The translations under genes were made by a program, and so were the position numbers. The notes below the pieces were generated by a model. The model had not been told where the DNA came from and searched no databases. It was given only the letters and a program-made list of their open reading frames with translations. Below, piece by piece: positions 9,100 to 18,484 of a stretch of 63,177 bases of DNA; positions within the stretch are counted from its first letter, which is position 1, and each line of letters begins with the position of its first letter. The stretch is from positions 1-63,177 of the forward strand of contig JAHFGL010000009.1 of the NCBI GenBank assembly GCA_023247445.1, read 5' to 3'. This DNA comes from Candidatus Omnitrophota bacterium. GTDB lineage: Bacteria; Omnitrophota; Gorgyraeia; Zapsychrales; Zapsychraceae.

Positions 9100-11673
9100 C
9101 TATCGACTAATCTTAAAATCATCAATCCAAAACTGATCGCCGTTGACTGCATTTTGCTGCGTATAAAATTCAAAGGCTGAAAGCTTCTCAAGGCTGGGCA
9201 AAACACTTTTGACGGCGACACCAATGTCGTCGGTCATCTCATGCCACTGTCCATCATCATTTAACACAAATATTTTTTGCGAAGGCGTGCCAGCACAACG
9301 ATAAGAAACAGTTCCACCGATACAAATCCAATCACCAAATTGTGTTTTTACACGCATGCCAACCGGTGTTCCTTTTGGGATAAAATAGGCGAAGCTTAAA
9401 TGAGAATGACTATTAATATCCCATCCATCAAAATCAACACCGGCCGATAATGCCGCGGACTCAAATTTGCTTTGAATCTGGAGTGCATTACCATTTAAAT
9501 AAACCTGACTGGAACTACTTTCCAAATTGGCATCTCCCTGACTTTTAAAACGGCCCATCGAGGAATCAAAACCTTCAAAATAAAAGATGTCCGGTTTACT
9601 ACTCACCGTCTTATTTTCATCCAACTCAGCTGGAATTGTTTTCTGTTTTAAACCATCAATAATATACGCAAGATAATGCCCGCTATTACGATAATTTTGA
9701 TTAAAATGTTTTCGTTTAGACAAATAAGCTTCTTTGACACCACGGTTAAAAACTTGCTGGCTAATTTGCAGATAATCTTGATTTTGATAACCGCTCAGAC
9801 GATAGGCATACCCAAGACCATGAACAATCAAAAGATTTAAATCAGGCTCGCCAGCAGAATCTCTATTTATGTCCGCAGTTGTATAACGAAAAGAATCTCC
9901 CGTTGAGACAAGCGCCTCTTTAATTAGCCAATCAACAGCACGAAAAATAGAATCAGCCGCTATGTCACTTGCTGTTAATTGATGATATTTAATGATCGCT
10001 TCAAGCAAAAGTCCCGTCATAAAAGGTGATCCACCGTATTCATCAGGCCGCGCCCCTTCTTCTGGGTCATGCGCGTACAAATTATGAATAAATCCTCCCC
10101 GCGATGGCCACTGCAATTGTGTTTTATAAAGGTTCTCCATAAATTCACCAGCTAATTTTACTGACTCTTTATTTTGCGTTAATTCATAATAATTCAATTG
10201 CTCCAACATTAAAAAGGCCATCAACCGCTCGGTAAAAAATCTTTTTTCATCTTTGGGATAAAAAGCCTTGTCTGGTTTCATATAGTTTCTTAAATATTCT
10301 GCCATGTAACCAGCCACTGTTAATGATTTTGGATCGCCCGTTAACAAATAATCATCTTCCATCGTTTCAATATAAACGTAGCGCGGATCAGTTTGCGTTG
10401 CACTGCGACCGCTGTTTTCGCCTTCTTGAACAATCTCACTATCGCGGTAATGCAAAAATTCTTTACGCGCGTCTAAAAAATATTTTAATTCACCGCTACG
10501 CGCATAAATCTGATAAAAGACATGTGGTGTTGAATAATAGCCGTCTTCACGCACATCTCCTGTCCATGGCTTATTCTTAACCTCATCATAATTTTTTAAG
10601 ATATTCTCATCATACCCATTAAACTCGATAAGCCCCATCGGAACTTGTTCTCCGATAACTTGAGAATCGCAAAGCCACTTGGCCGGCAATAAAATCCATC
10701 CTTCGGGATAATCCCAATTAGGTTCAATAATTGACAAATCTGTTGTTGAGCGCCTCGCCCCCCACTTAAGTGTTGCGTATTCATAAAGATGTTCGATGGG
10801 ATACTTAAACTGCACTAAAACCGATCGAATAGATTGGTCTTGCGGCCAAAGGGCGAGCACTTTTGTGGCGATAGGAATTTCATTTCCTTTGTCATCAACA
10901 ACCGTAAAATCATCTTTTGAGATTAATTGACCTGGCGCAAATGGAATCCCAGACGAAATTAATGGCTTATTTTCCATCACGTTTTTTAATCGCGCCAAGG
11001 CAATTTGTATTTCACCTTTTGTTTCGATAGGTTTTTTAGGTAACACAACGGCGTGACGAACGGGCAAAGGCGGAGCATTTTCTTCTTCTTGTTTCTTCTT
11101 TAATTTTTCTTCTCGAAGCCCAGCCACTAAACCTGATCGTTCCAGACGCATATTATCGAAATATAATTTATAACGCTTGGATGGTTCATTAATAAATAAA
11201 ACGATAAAACCAATGTGCTGGGCATCAATCTTTGACGCAATGTGTGAATACGCAATCTGTACTTTATTCAGACCCGGCTGCAGCGTGTAAGGAATATTAG
11301 TTTTTTGCTTGTTTATGTCGTCCAACCGAATGGTAAAACTGATCGCTTCTTTTTCTGAATTAAAAATATCTATGGCAAACGATTCATATTCACCCCAATT
11401 GTGATCAAATCGACGGGTATTAATGCTGGGCAATCCGCCTTTTGGAAAGACCGCTTCAAGGCTATGTTTCCCCTCTGTAACATGGTCACCAGATGTTTTT
11501 AAAGGAAAGTCTTCTTCTGGAGCGGTGGACCAAAGTCTCTTGTCCTCAAAATCACTAATGATATTTTTTTCTTTAAGACTATTTATCTTGGGCGGATGAT
11601 GGGTTAACTTTCGCAGAACAAACAAGCTCATCAAAACAAGAACTATGATAATAAAATATTTATTATTCTTCAT
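9100..11673 (-). CDS. large secreted/anchored protein, possible polysaccharide lyase/hydrolase-like
   Basis: 857 aa with an N-terminal signal anchor. Beta-sandwich-like N- and C-terminal modules. The segment SSGIPFAPGQLISKDDFTVVDDKGNEIPIATKVLALWPQDQSIRSVLVQF resembles the N-terminal barrel of PcRGLX-type lyases, followed by a helical core. Recognition is weak. Confidence 0.6.
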   Translation of the reverse strand: MKNNKYFIIIVLVLMSLFVLRKLTHHPPKINSLKEKNIISDFEDKRLWSTAPEEDFPLKTSGDHVTEGKHSLEAVFPKGGLPSINTRRFDHNWGEYESFAIDIFNSEKEAISFTIRLDDINKQKTNIPYTLQPGLNKVQIAYSHIASKIDAQHIGFIVLFINEPSKRYKLYFDNMRLERSGLVAGLREEKLKKKQEEENAPPLPVRHAVVLPKKPIETKGEIQIALARLKNVMENKPLISSGIPFAPGQLISKDDFTVVDDKGNEIPIATKVLALWPQDQSIRSVLVQFKYPIEHLYEYATLKWGARRSTTDLSIIEPNWDYPEGWILLPAKWLCDSQVIGEQVPMGLIEFNGYDENILKNYDEVKNKPWTGDVREDGYYSTPHVFYQIYARSGELKYFLDARKEFLHYRDSEIVQEGENSGRSATQTDPRYVYIETMEDDYLLTGDPKSLTVAGYMAEYLRNYMKPDKAFYPKDEKRFFTERLMAFLMLEQLNYYELTQNKESVKLAGEFMENLYKTQLQWPSRGGFIHNLYAHDPEEGARPDEYGGSPFMTGLLLEAIIKYHQLTASDIAADSIFRAVDWLIKEALVSTGDSFRYTTADINRDSAGEPDLNLLIVHGLGYAYRLSGYQNQDYLQISQQVFNRGVKEAYLSKRKHFNQNYRNSGHYLAYIIDGLKQKTIPAELDENKTVSSKPDIFYFEGFDSSMGRFKSQGDANLESSSSQVYLNGNALQIQSKFESAALSAGVDFDGWDINSHSHLSFAYFIPKGTPVGMRVKTQFGDWICIGGTVSYRCAGTPSQKIFVLNDDGQWHEMTDDIGVAVKSVLPSLEKLSAFEFYTQQNAVNGDQFWIDDFKISR

Positions 11674-11689
11674 AAATTAATTTCCTTCT

Positions 11690-11758
11690 CGTCATCCTGA
11701 GCGCAGCGAAGGATCTCTTCGGAGATCCTTCAGTCGCTTTCGCTCCTTCAGGATGACG
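11690..11758. repeat. 69-nt intergenic imperfect palindrome
   Basis: CGTCATCCTGA (11690-11700) pairs perfectly with TCAGGATGACG (11748-11758). GAAGGATCTC (11708-11717) pairs with GAGATCCTTC (11722-11731) around a TTCG loop. Confidence 0.7.
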
Positions 11759-11764
11759 GCAAGA

Positions 11765-12856
11765 CTATAAACTCTCAATAATGTAATTCCGATACTGGTC
11801 GGGCGCGCCGGACTCTCCCGCCTCCGCGGCTTTGATAACGTTGTACATTTCACGCGCGCTAACATAATGCAAAATAAAATTCTGGCCATCATTATATTTC
11901 TTCTCTATATAAGAGTACATTTGATCCATCGCTTCACCTAAAAGGACATTGGCATTATGTTCCGGCGCGCCGTGTGTATGAACTTTAATAAAAATCCAAT
12001 CAGGTTTGCCACGAACGGCAATCCGTTGTTTAACCCACAAATCAACCCGATTTGCTGTCGGTAAATTTCCAGAACCAACATCGGCATTTTCAATCCGTGG
12101 GAAAATCCCATATTTACGATTGCGCCAATTAAGCGTCAGCGGCCCTTGAATAATCATCAAATCCGCATTAGTAAATTTTCCAACCTCAACATCAACCCCT
12201 TGATTATGTGTTTTTGGTTTAGAAGGTTGCGAGCTGGTGTAATAGATACTATTAATTTTCTTAGGTTGGGTATCGCTGGGAGCTGAGGGAAACGTAAAAT
12301 CCGCGTAACATCCGGCATCATTTAAAATATGCGATTCATGGTTGACGCCGCACCAACGCCGATCGGGACGGGAATTGTTGAGCGCCCAATTGCCGTGAAT
12401 AAAACCAAACCGAATCTGCCCAGACAAATTTCGTTTGCTCAGCAGTCCATGACTTGAAAAATCTTTCTTCGCCTTTTCTAACTTCTCTCTTAAACCCTCT
12501 TCTGTATCATTGTCATGATGCAAGTGAACCTCTAGTTCGCCAAATCCTTGTTTGCACAACTTTGCTAGCAAATCCAAATTTTCTTTCCTGTAGACTTCCG
12601 CTGGATAAAAAAACGAATGGCGCGGATGTTGCCCATCGGCATCTTTGTGTTTATTGGCTAATTTGGGATAATCATCAACCCAACGTTTGACGCGACTAAT
12701 TTGAGTTGCCGCATCGGCGCCCTTCCAATCCGGTTCAAAATGATCAACGACAGAAAACATAACGTGCGTCGGCTTTGGGAATGCTTCCTTAGAAAGCAAA
12801 CGCCGCAACTCTTGCTTTAAATAACTTCCCATCCACAAATGAATATTTTTGGTCAT
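11765..12856 (-). CDS. hypothetical protein, possibly polysaccharide deacetylase-like metalloenzyme
   Basis: 363 aa with His/Asp-rich motifs (VVDHFEP, VHLHHDND, FIHGNWA, KVHTHGAPEH). Assignment is tentative. Confidence 0.6.
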   Translation of the reverse strand: MTKNIHLWMGSYLKQELRRLLSKEAFPKPTHVMFSVVDHFEPDWKGADAATQISRVKRWVDDYPKLANKHKDADGQHPRHSFFYPAEVYRKENLDLLAKLCKQGFGELEVHLHHDNDTEEGLREKLEKAKKDFSSHGLLSKRNLSGQIRFGFIHGNWALNNSRPDRRWCGVNHESHILNDAGCYADFTFPSAPSDTQPKKINSIYYTSSQPSKPKTHNQGVDVEVGKFTNADLMIIQGPLTLNWRNRKYGIFPRIENADVGSGNLPTANRVDLWVKQRIAVRGKPDWIFIKVHTHGAPEHNANVLLGEAMDQMYSYIEKKYNDGQNFILHYVSAREMYNVIKAAEAGESGAPDQYRNYIIESL

Positions 12857-12887
12857 AAAATTTAAAGATGATTCCGGGATACATCAC

Positions 12888-12942
12888 CAAACAAAAAGGA
12901 CACGTACCAATTAAAATCTTTTTCAAAAAAAGGTACGTGTCC
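12888..12942 (-). terminator. hairpin with U-tract after the PEP-CTERM beta-propeller gene (may also be an operator)
   Basis: Perfect 11-bp inverted repeat GGACACGTACC (12898-12908) / GGTACGTGTCC (12932-12942) with a 23-nt loop. On the minus strand it is followed by TTTTTGTTT. Confidence 0.5.
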
Positions 12943-12966
12943 CAATTTTACTATGTAGAACGGAAA

Positions 12967-13755
12967 TTACTTATTTTTTCTTCGAAAATAAGCTAATCCT
13001 AAAAGACCAGAATTTAACAAAATCAGTGTGGTGGGTTCAGGAACTGGAGAAGATGGAGGAACCTCAACTGGCAAAAGCGAAGCACCCCATGCATTGCCTG
13101 CCATTCCTGTTATAGGCCGAAAGATTGAACTAGATCCATTTAGTAAATTAATGGAGATAATATTTTTTCGTGTAAAACCAAACATCGTATCATCAACGTA
13201 GGTAAGCCCATACAATTGCCCAAAACTAGTGTTTCCAATAAGTGTTCCGGCGCCTGTATTTGGATTAACCTGGACAATAGAATCAGTCGCTCCACGAGAA
13301 GCCATAAACATAGTTCCATTACCATCAAATTCGAGATCTCCAGATGAATTTCTTCCCATATTGCCGACGGCTGTTGCTGCCCCAGTTGTTGTATTTACAG
13401 CATAAAGAAGAGGCGAATTCCAGCCAGCGGTAAAAAGCGATCCATCAGGAGCAAAAATTAAGGCATTAGCACTATTAATAGATCCTAGGCTTCCCACCAA
13501 AGTACTGGCTGCCGTATTTTTATCAATTCTATACAAGGAATCAAATGTAACACCCCAAAGATTACCATTTAAATCAAACGCAATATCTGTCATGGCTGAA
13601 CCGGAATTTCCAACAAGGGTTGCAACACCTGTATCGGTCTCAACAGAATAAATACCTGCTAAGTGATCACCGACGTACACGGTGGCCGCATTTGATAAAG
13701 ATGAGCCTCCGATTGTCAGTAGAATTACAAACAATGAAAATATTTTCCGTCTCAT
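12967..13755 (-). CDS. PEP-CTERM sorting-domain protein with beta-propeller-like repeats
   Basis: Signal peptide, repeated G/T/S-rich blades, and C-terminus VPEPTTLILLNSGLLGLAYFRRKNK. Confidence 0.85.
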   Translation of the reverse strand: MRRKIFSLFVILLTIGGSSLSNAATVYVGDHLAGIYSVETDTGVATLVGNSGSAMTDIAFDLNGNLWGVTFDSLYRIDKNTAASTLVGSLGSINSANALIFAPDGSLFTAGWNSPLLYAVNTTTGAATAVGNMGRNSSGDLEFDGNGTMFMASRGATDSIVQVNPNTGAGTLIGNTSFGQLYGLTYVDDTMFGFTRKNIISINLLNGSSSIFRPITGMAGNAWGASLLPVEVPPSSPVPEPTTLILLNSGLLGLAYFRRKNK

Positions 13756-13834
13756 TTGAACCTCTCCTTAAAATTTTTTAAATTAAAATAATAAATTTAT
13801 GTGTTACTTTAAATTTTTCTAATTGAAGAACAGC

Positions 13835-13863
13835 AATATAACAATTAATAAAACTTAAGTCAA
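13835..13863 (-). promoter_or_regulatory. sigma-70-like promoter
   Basis: Minus strand reads TTGACT, a 17-nt spacer, then TATATT. It lies about 80 nt upstream of the ATG at 13755, which has an AAGGAGAGG SD. Confidence 0.45.
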
Positions 13864-13891
13864 TAGGACAAACCCCCCTAAGTAGGGACAT

Positions 13892-15043
13892 TTATCGCTC
13901 CGTTCGCTGCCACTTCACATTTTGTCGACCGGTCAAGTAGCGAACAAATCCCAATAACAGCGCCAAGTTCATCGAGACAAAATAATAGCAAAGACTAAAC
14001 AGCTTAATGTTAATTCCTGACCATGAAAACATCTGGCCGATAAAAGCGCATCCGTAAAACACGCATTGAATAATGAATATCACGGCATAAACCGGCTCTT
14101 TGGCAAATAAAGATAAATTAGTAAAAAAACAAATGATTAGAAAAAACGGGGCGAACCAGCGCAAAACCTTATGTGACCAAAACGCGAGTGCGGGAAAACC
14201 ACGAAAAGGATTAAGCATCGGTAACAATCGAAAGAGCGCTTGAAAATCTCCAGCGCCGATTCTAATCCGCCTTTGCTTTTCATGAATAATTTTATGCGCG
14301 GCCTCTTCAATGGCGATCGCCTCTGGCTCATACACAACCGCATGTCCCTTCTCTAATATCTTCATCGGCATGACAAAGTCTTCAACGATTGTGTCCGGTG
14401 GGCAGGAATAATAGCATTCTTTTCGAATCGCAAAAATGGCCCCATTAACACCTAATAGTGAACCGCGGCGGCCTTCAAACTTTTTAATCATGGTTTCATA
14501 CCGCCAATAAACGCCTTCCAATTCTCCGGTATTACTGCCCTTGGCATTAACAAATTGCAAACCTCCGCAAACGCAACCAACCCTTGAATCGCCAAAATAA
14601 CGAACTAACTTTTTAAGCGCATCCCGTTTAAACATCGTGTTGGCATCGCTAAAAACAACAATGGAATGTTTCGCCTGCGGGACAATCTCATTAAGAACAT
14701 TAACCTTTCCGCGACGATTTTCAAAATCTAACAAGATTATCCCACGTGATTGATATTCGCGGACAATTTCATTGGTTTTGTCGCTCGAACCATCTGAAGC
14801 AATGATGATTTCTAAAGAATCTTGCGGATAATCCAAATTAAGACAATTTTCAATCCGGCCTTTGATGACCTTCTCTTCATTATAAGCGGCGATAATTAGA
14901 GAAAGCTTAGGAAGCTCACTAGAAAGCTTAAACTCTTTAACTTTCCAAATCTTGGCCAAAAGCGCAAGCAGTAGCGGATAGAAAACATAGCTGTAAATTA
15001 AGAAAAATAAGGAAAGCCAAAATATAATTTTAGTTGTTAGCAT
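13892..15043 (-). CDS. membrane-bound family 2 glycosyltransferase (synthase-like)
   Basis: IIAAYNEE...ASDGSSDKT...SDAN...QRRIRI motifs, plus N- and C-terminal TM helices. Confidence 0.85.
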   Translation of the reverse strand: MLTTKIIFWLSLFFLIYSYVFYPLLLALLAKIWKVKEFKLSSELPKLSLIIAAYNEEKVIKGRIENCLNLDYPQDSLEIIIASDGSSDKTNEIVREYQSRGIILLDFENRRGKVNVLNEIVPQAKHSIVVFSDANTMFKRDALKKLVRYFGDSRVGCVCGGLQFVNAKGSNTGELEGVYWRYETMIKKFEGRRGSLLGVNGAIFAIRKECYYSCPPDTIVEDFVMPMKILEKGHAVVYEPEAIAIEEAAHKIIHEKQRRIRIGAGDFQALFRLLPMLNPFRGFPALAFWSHKVLRWFAPFFLIICFFTNLSLFAKEPVYAVIFIIQCVFYGCAFIGQMFSWSGINIKLFSLCYYFVSMNLALLLGFVRYLTGRQNVKWQRTER

Positions 15044-15809
15044 TGTAGATTATCGATCGTAACATTTTAATTCGTACTAAACGAGATTTAATAAAATATA
15101 TGAACCTAGCTTTTATGGATAAATATTTTAATTTAGCGGACCATTGACGGGCCCAAGAAGAATTATTATTTTTCCCATAAATTAAAATACCCAAACCATA
15201 TTGCCGTGGATCAACCAGCAAATTGTAATCGTTAGGTCCAAAATTTTTGATAAAATCTTCAATGGCGGTTAACACACCATTCTTAAGACCACCCTCGGAT
15301 AGGGCATTAAAAAACCGGGGATTAACCCCACCCTCGTCAACTAATTCCGATTGCCCCGGAATCATTCCTTTCCGGGCATTGGGTCGAAAAAACTCCGCAG
15401 GGATTGTTTCAGGCAAATAATACATATCCCTTCGTCCATAAGGCCAACCCACATCGTGAAGGAAAATCGTGCCGCCAACTTTAAGCAAATTGCGCTCTTT
15501 GATAATTTTTAATTCGTTGTAGACCGTATACCAGTTGTGATCGTCATCAATAAAAATACAATCGAACTGTGTTGATAATTTCTTAAGGCCATTCAAACTA
15601 AGATCTTTGATAACTTTTACATTTTGCTGATCAGAAAATTTCTTAACCAAATCACAATCTAAACAAGGATCAATGATCGTTAAGGAAACTCCTTTTATTT
15701 CAAGGATTTGGTCGGTATTATCTCCCATCGAAGCCCCGACTTCAAGAATCGTACGATAATTATTTTCTCTAATAATCGGCAGCGTCACATTGTTGGCAAA
15801 ATATTTCAC
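15030..15809 (-). CDS. class I SAM-dependent methyltransferase-like protein
   Basis: ILEVGASMGDNT glycine-rich SAM loop and DDDHNW. GTG start. Confidence 0.7.
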   Translation of the reverse strand: MKYFANNVTLPIIRENNYRTILEVGASMGDNTDQILEIKGVSLTIIDPCLDCDLVKKFSDQQNVKVIKDLSLNGLKKLSTQFDCIFIDDDHNWYTVYNELKIIKERNLLKVGGTIFLHDVGWPYGRRDMYYLPETIPAEFFRPNARKGMIPGQSELVDEGGVNPRFFNALSEGGLKNGVLTAIEDFIKNFGPNDYNLLVDPRQYGLGILIYGKNNNSSWARQWSAKLKYLSIKARFIYFIKSRLVRIKMLRSIIYNANN

Positions 15810-15812
15810 GGC

Positions 15813-16805
15813 CTAATCCTTCCTCAAAAGAAACCCAGCCGAATCTCCAAGCTTCGCGGCATTTAACTCTTGGGCTTTAATCTTATAAGACGCAATTTGC
15901 TCATTCGTAAAAATAGATTTGGTTTTATCGGTCAAATAAGAATTTGGCGCCATCAGTGGAATATTTTGTTTGTATTGTTCACTGCCCCAAAACTGAAAAT
16001 CAGTTGAATCGTAAACAATCGATTGTACAGAAAGATGGTTTTGAGCGGCTAAAATATTCATACTTTTTATCGAATGAAGAAAGAAATGACGCGGGGCATC
16101 AAGACTAACCCAATTCTCTCTATAAATTTCCCAAGCCTGTGAAGAAACAATGGGAATACGAATTAAACACATGCCTCCGGGGGCCAACAACTCGGACACC
16201 CGCTTCATCGTTTCTTCTTGATTTGGGATATGCTCCAAAGAATGTTGGAACATAATTAAATCAAAACTTCCCTTTATATCCTGCAAAGATCCTTTAATGA
16301 TCTTTAAACCATTATCGTATTGTTTAGTTTCGCTAAGAAAGGGGTCTGCTCCTAAAAGATTTGTAAAGCCTGATTCCTTGAGCCAAAAAAGAAATTCTCC
16401 CTTGCCGCAACCCACATCTAAGATGCGAGAATTTCTATCAAGATCTTTTATGATTTCATTATTTGGCCAATAATAGCGGACATATTTTTTTAATTTTTCA
16501 TTCGGCCATAGTGTATAAACCATTTTTCCAAGAAGCCCACGACCAAAAATAGCGTAGTCATCCCTGGCCTCTTTTAAATAGGTTGCCAATTTACGAGTTT
16601 TTTTCTTAACACTTACGAGTTCATCGGCAAAGCTATAGTAATTTGCTGGATAATATTTTGACATGTCCGTTGGAACGGCGGCGATCTGCAGACATTCACA
16701 TTGGCTACACTTAAAATATTCAAAACTCTCCGGTAAACCAAACATCATTTCACGGACAAGATATTTTGAATGAGCATCTTCGTGCTCACAAATTTTGCAT
16801 TTCAT
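15813..16805 (-). CDS. class I SAM-dependent methyltransferase with N-terminal zinc ribbon
   Basis: CKIC...CSQC pairs, then ILDVGCGKGEF and DLIMFQHSLEH. Confidence 0.8.
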   Translation of the reverse strand: MKCKICEHEDAHSKYLVREMMFGLPESFEYFKCSQCECLQIAAVPTDMSKYYPANYYSFADELVSVKKKTRKLATYLKEARDDYAIFGRGLLGKMVYTLWPNEKLKKYVRYYWPNNEIIKDLDRNSRILDVGCGKGEFLFWLKESGFTNLLGADPFLSETKQYDNGLKIIKGSLQDIKGSFDLIMFQHSLEHIPNQEETMKRVSELLAPGGMCLIRIPIVSSQAWEIYRENWVSLDAPRHFFLHSIKSMNILAAQNHLSVQSIVYDSTDFQFWGSEQYKQNIPLMAPNSYLTDKTKSIFTNEQIASYKIKAQELNAAKLGDSAGFLLRKD

Positions 16806-16832
16806 ATTTTTAGGATCGTGGTTAATTTTAGA

Positions 16833-17375
16833 TTAAACTTTTGGTGAGCTCTGATCATTATTATCTATCTTCACAACCCTGGCTGGGATACCAACAACCG
16901 TTGCGCCATCTGGAACATCCTTAACAACAACCGCATTAGCGCCAATTTTAACATTATTACCAACATGAATATTTCCCAAGACTTTGGCGCCCGTGCCAAT
17001 AAAAATATTATCGCCTAAGCTGGGAACCTCAACGGGAATTCCATTTTTAGCGGCGCCAATGACAACGCCACTTTCAATCACAATATTTTTTCCCGCCTTA
17101 ACACCGGCATTAATGACAACGCCAATCGGGTGCATAAGAACAAATCCTCCCTCAAAATGCGCTCCGCGGCCGATCACACATCCATTAAAAAGTTTATTAA
17201 GCTCTAAAAATAAACAGCCGACAATTTCCATTCCAATCATTTTAAAGAACTGAAACAATCGATAAAACACAACCGCTGAGCTGCCATCTTTAATCAAAAC
17301 CTTTAAAATGCTCATCGTATCAACTCGATTGTAGTAACACTGACTTTTACATTTAAAATCATCTATAATTTTCAT
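16833..17375 (-). CDS. hexapeptide-repeat O-acetyltransferase (serine acetyltransferase-like)
   Basis: Left-handed beta-helix repeats (GVVIGAAKN...IFIGTGAKVLGNIHVGNNVKIGANAVVVKDVP). ATG at 17375 forms an ATGA overlap with the wecB stop. The longer track ORF begins at a TTG. Confidence 0.8.
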   Translation of the reverse strand: MKIIDDFKCKSQCYYNRVDTMSILKVLIKDGSSAVVFYRLFQFFKMIGMEIVGCLFLELNKLFNGCVIGRGAHFEGGFVLMHPIGVVINAGVKAGKNIVIESGVVIGAAKNGIPVEVPSLGDNIFIGTGAKVLGNIHVGNNVKIGANAVVVKDVPDGATVVGIPARVVKIDNNDQSSPKV

Positions 17376-18484
17376 CGTAATAACCTGCCTTGTTTGTGTA
17401 ACGCCACCAGTGTTTTGATAATGCGCGTTGAGGCCTTCCCATCCCAAAACTTAGGTCGTCGTCCTTTTTTGCCTTGGCCTTTAAGAATCTTTAAACTTTC
17501 TTTAATAATTTTGTCCGTATTTAATCCAACCAATGTGTTTGTTCCTTCTGTGATTGTAATCGGTCGTTCCGTATTTTCGCGCACCGTCAAACAGGGGATT
17601 CCAAGCACCGTTGTTTCTTCCTGAATGCCACCAGAGTCCGTAATAACAAACTTAGCCTCATTCATCAGCGCCAAGAAATCTAAATAACCCAAAGGTTCGA
17701 TGAAAACCATCTGCTTCATTTTCATTAGTTCATTCTTCGAAAGAAACTTTTCCAAATTCTTTTTTGTCCGTGGATGAACAGGAAAAACGATTGGAATTTT
17801 ATTTTGAATGACTTTAAACGCATTCATAATTTTTGAAAGCGACTCTTTGGAATCAACATTGGACGGTCGATGAAGCGTCACTAAGGCAAAGGCCTTTTTC
17901 TTTAACGCAAACTTGCTTAAAATATTTAATCGTTGCGCCGCAACCAGATTATTCATAAGCGTATCAATCATCACGTTGCCGACAAAATAAATACGATCCT
18001 TTGGCAGTCCTTCTTTGATGAGATTTTTATCAGCATCTTCGCTCGTTGTAAAAAGAAGATCGGCAATGCTATCGGTCACCAACCGATTGATTTCTTCGGG
18101 CATGTTGCGATCGTAGCTGCGTAAGCCCGCTTCCACATGAACAACGGCAATCCGTAGTTTGGTTGCGACAAGCGAGCACGCCATTGTTGAATTAACATCA
18201 CCGACAACCAAAACCACATCTGGCTTAACTTTCATCAAAACATGTTCAAAGGCCATCATAATTTCTGCCGTTTGCTTGGCATGACTGCCGGAGCCGATGC
18301 CTAAATTAATATTTGGTTTTGGAATCCCTAAATCTTTAAAAAAAGACCCCGACATCGCATGATCATAATGCTGGCCCGTATGAACCAAAATATGCTGGAT
18401 GCCTTTGTGCGCACGAATTGCCCGGACAATTGGTGCAATTTTCATAAAATTTGGGCGCGCGCCAACAACACTTAAAATTTTCAT
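17372..18484 (-). CDS. wecB: UDP-N-acetylglucosamine 2-epimerase (non-hydrolysing)
   Basis: Full-length similarity to WecB/MnaA (MKILSVVGARPNFMKIAP..., HVEAGLRS, TDSGGIQEE). Confidence 0.92.
   Translation of the reverse strand: MKILSVVGARPNFMKIAPIVRAIRAHKGIQHILVHTGQHYDHAMSGSFFKDLGIPKPNINLGIGSGSHAKQTAEIMMAFEHVLMKVKPDVVLVVGDVNSTMACSLVATKLRIAVVHVEAGLRSYDRNMPEEINRLVTDSIADLLFTTSEDADKNLIKEGLPKDRIYFVGNVMIDTLMNNLVAAQRLNILSKFALKKKAFALVTLHRPSNVDSKESLSKIMNAFKVIQNKIPIVFPVHPRTKKNLEKFLSKNELMKMKQMVFIEPLGYLDFLALMNEAKFVITDSGGIQEETTVLGIPCLTVRENTERPITITEGTNTLVGLNTDKIIKESLKILKGQGKKGRRPKFWDGKASTRIIKTLVALHKQGRLLR

Noticed and set aside
11692-11892. 66-aa minus-strand ORF
   Set aside because: It is a translation of the 69-nt palindrome plus the out-of-frame 3' end of the 11765-12856 gene, which is a typical repeat-derived artefact.
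13866-13891. CCCTAAGTAGGG as a terminator after the GT2 gene
   Set aside because: The 5-bp stem would have a 2-nt loop, which is sterically implausible, and no U-tract follows.
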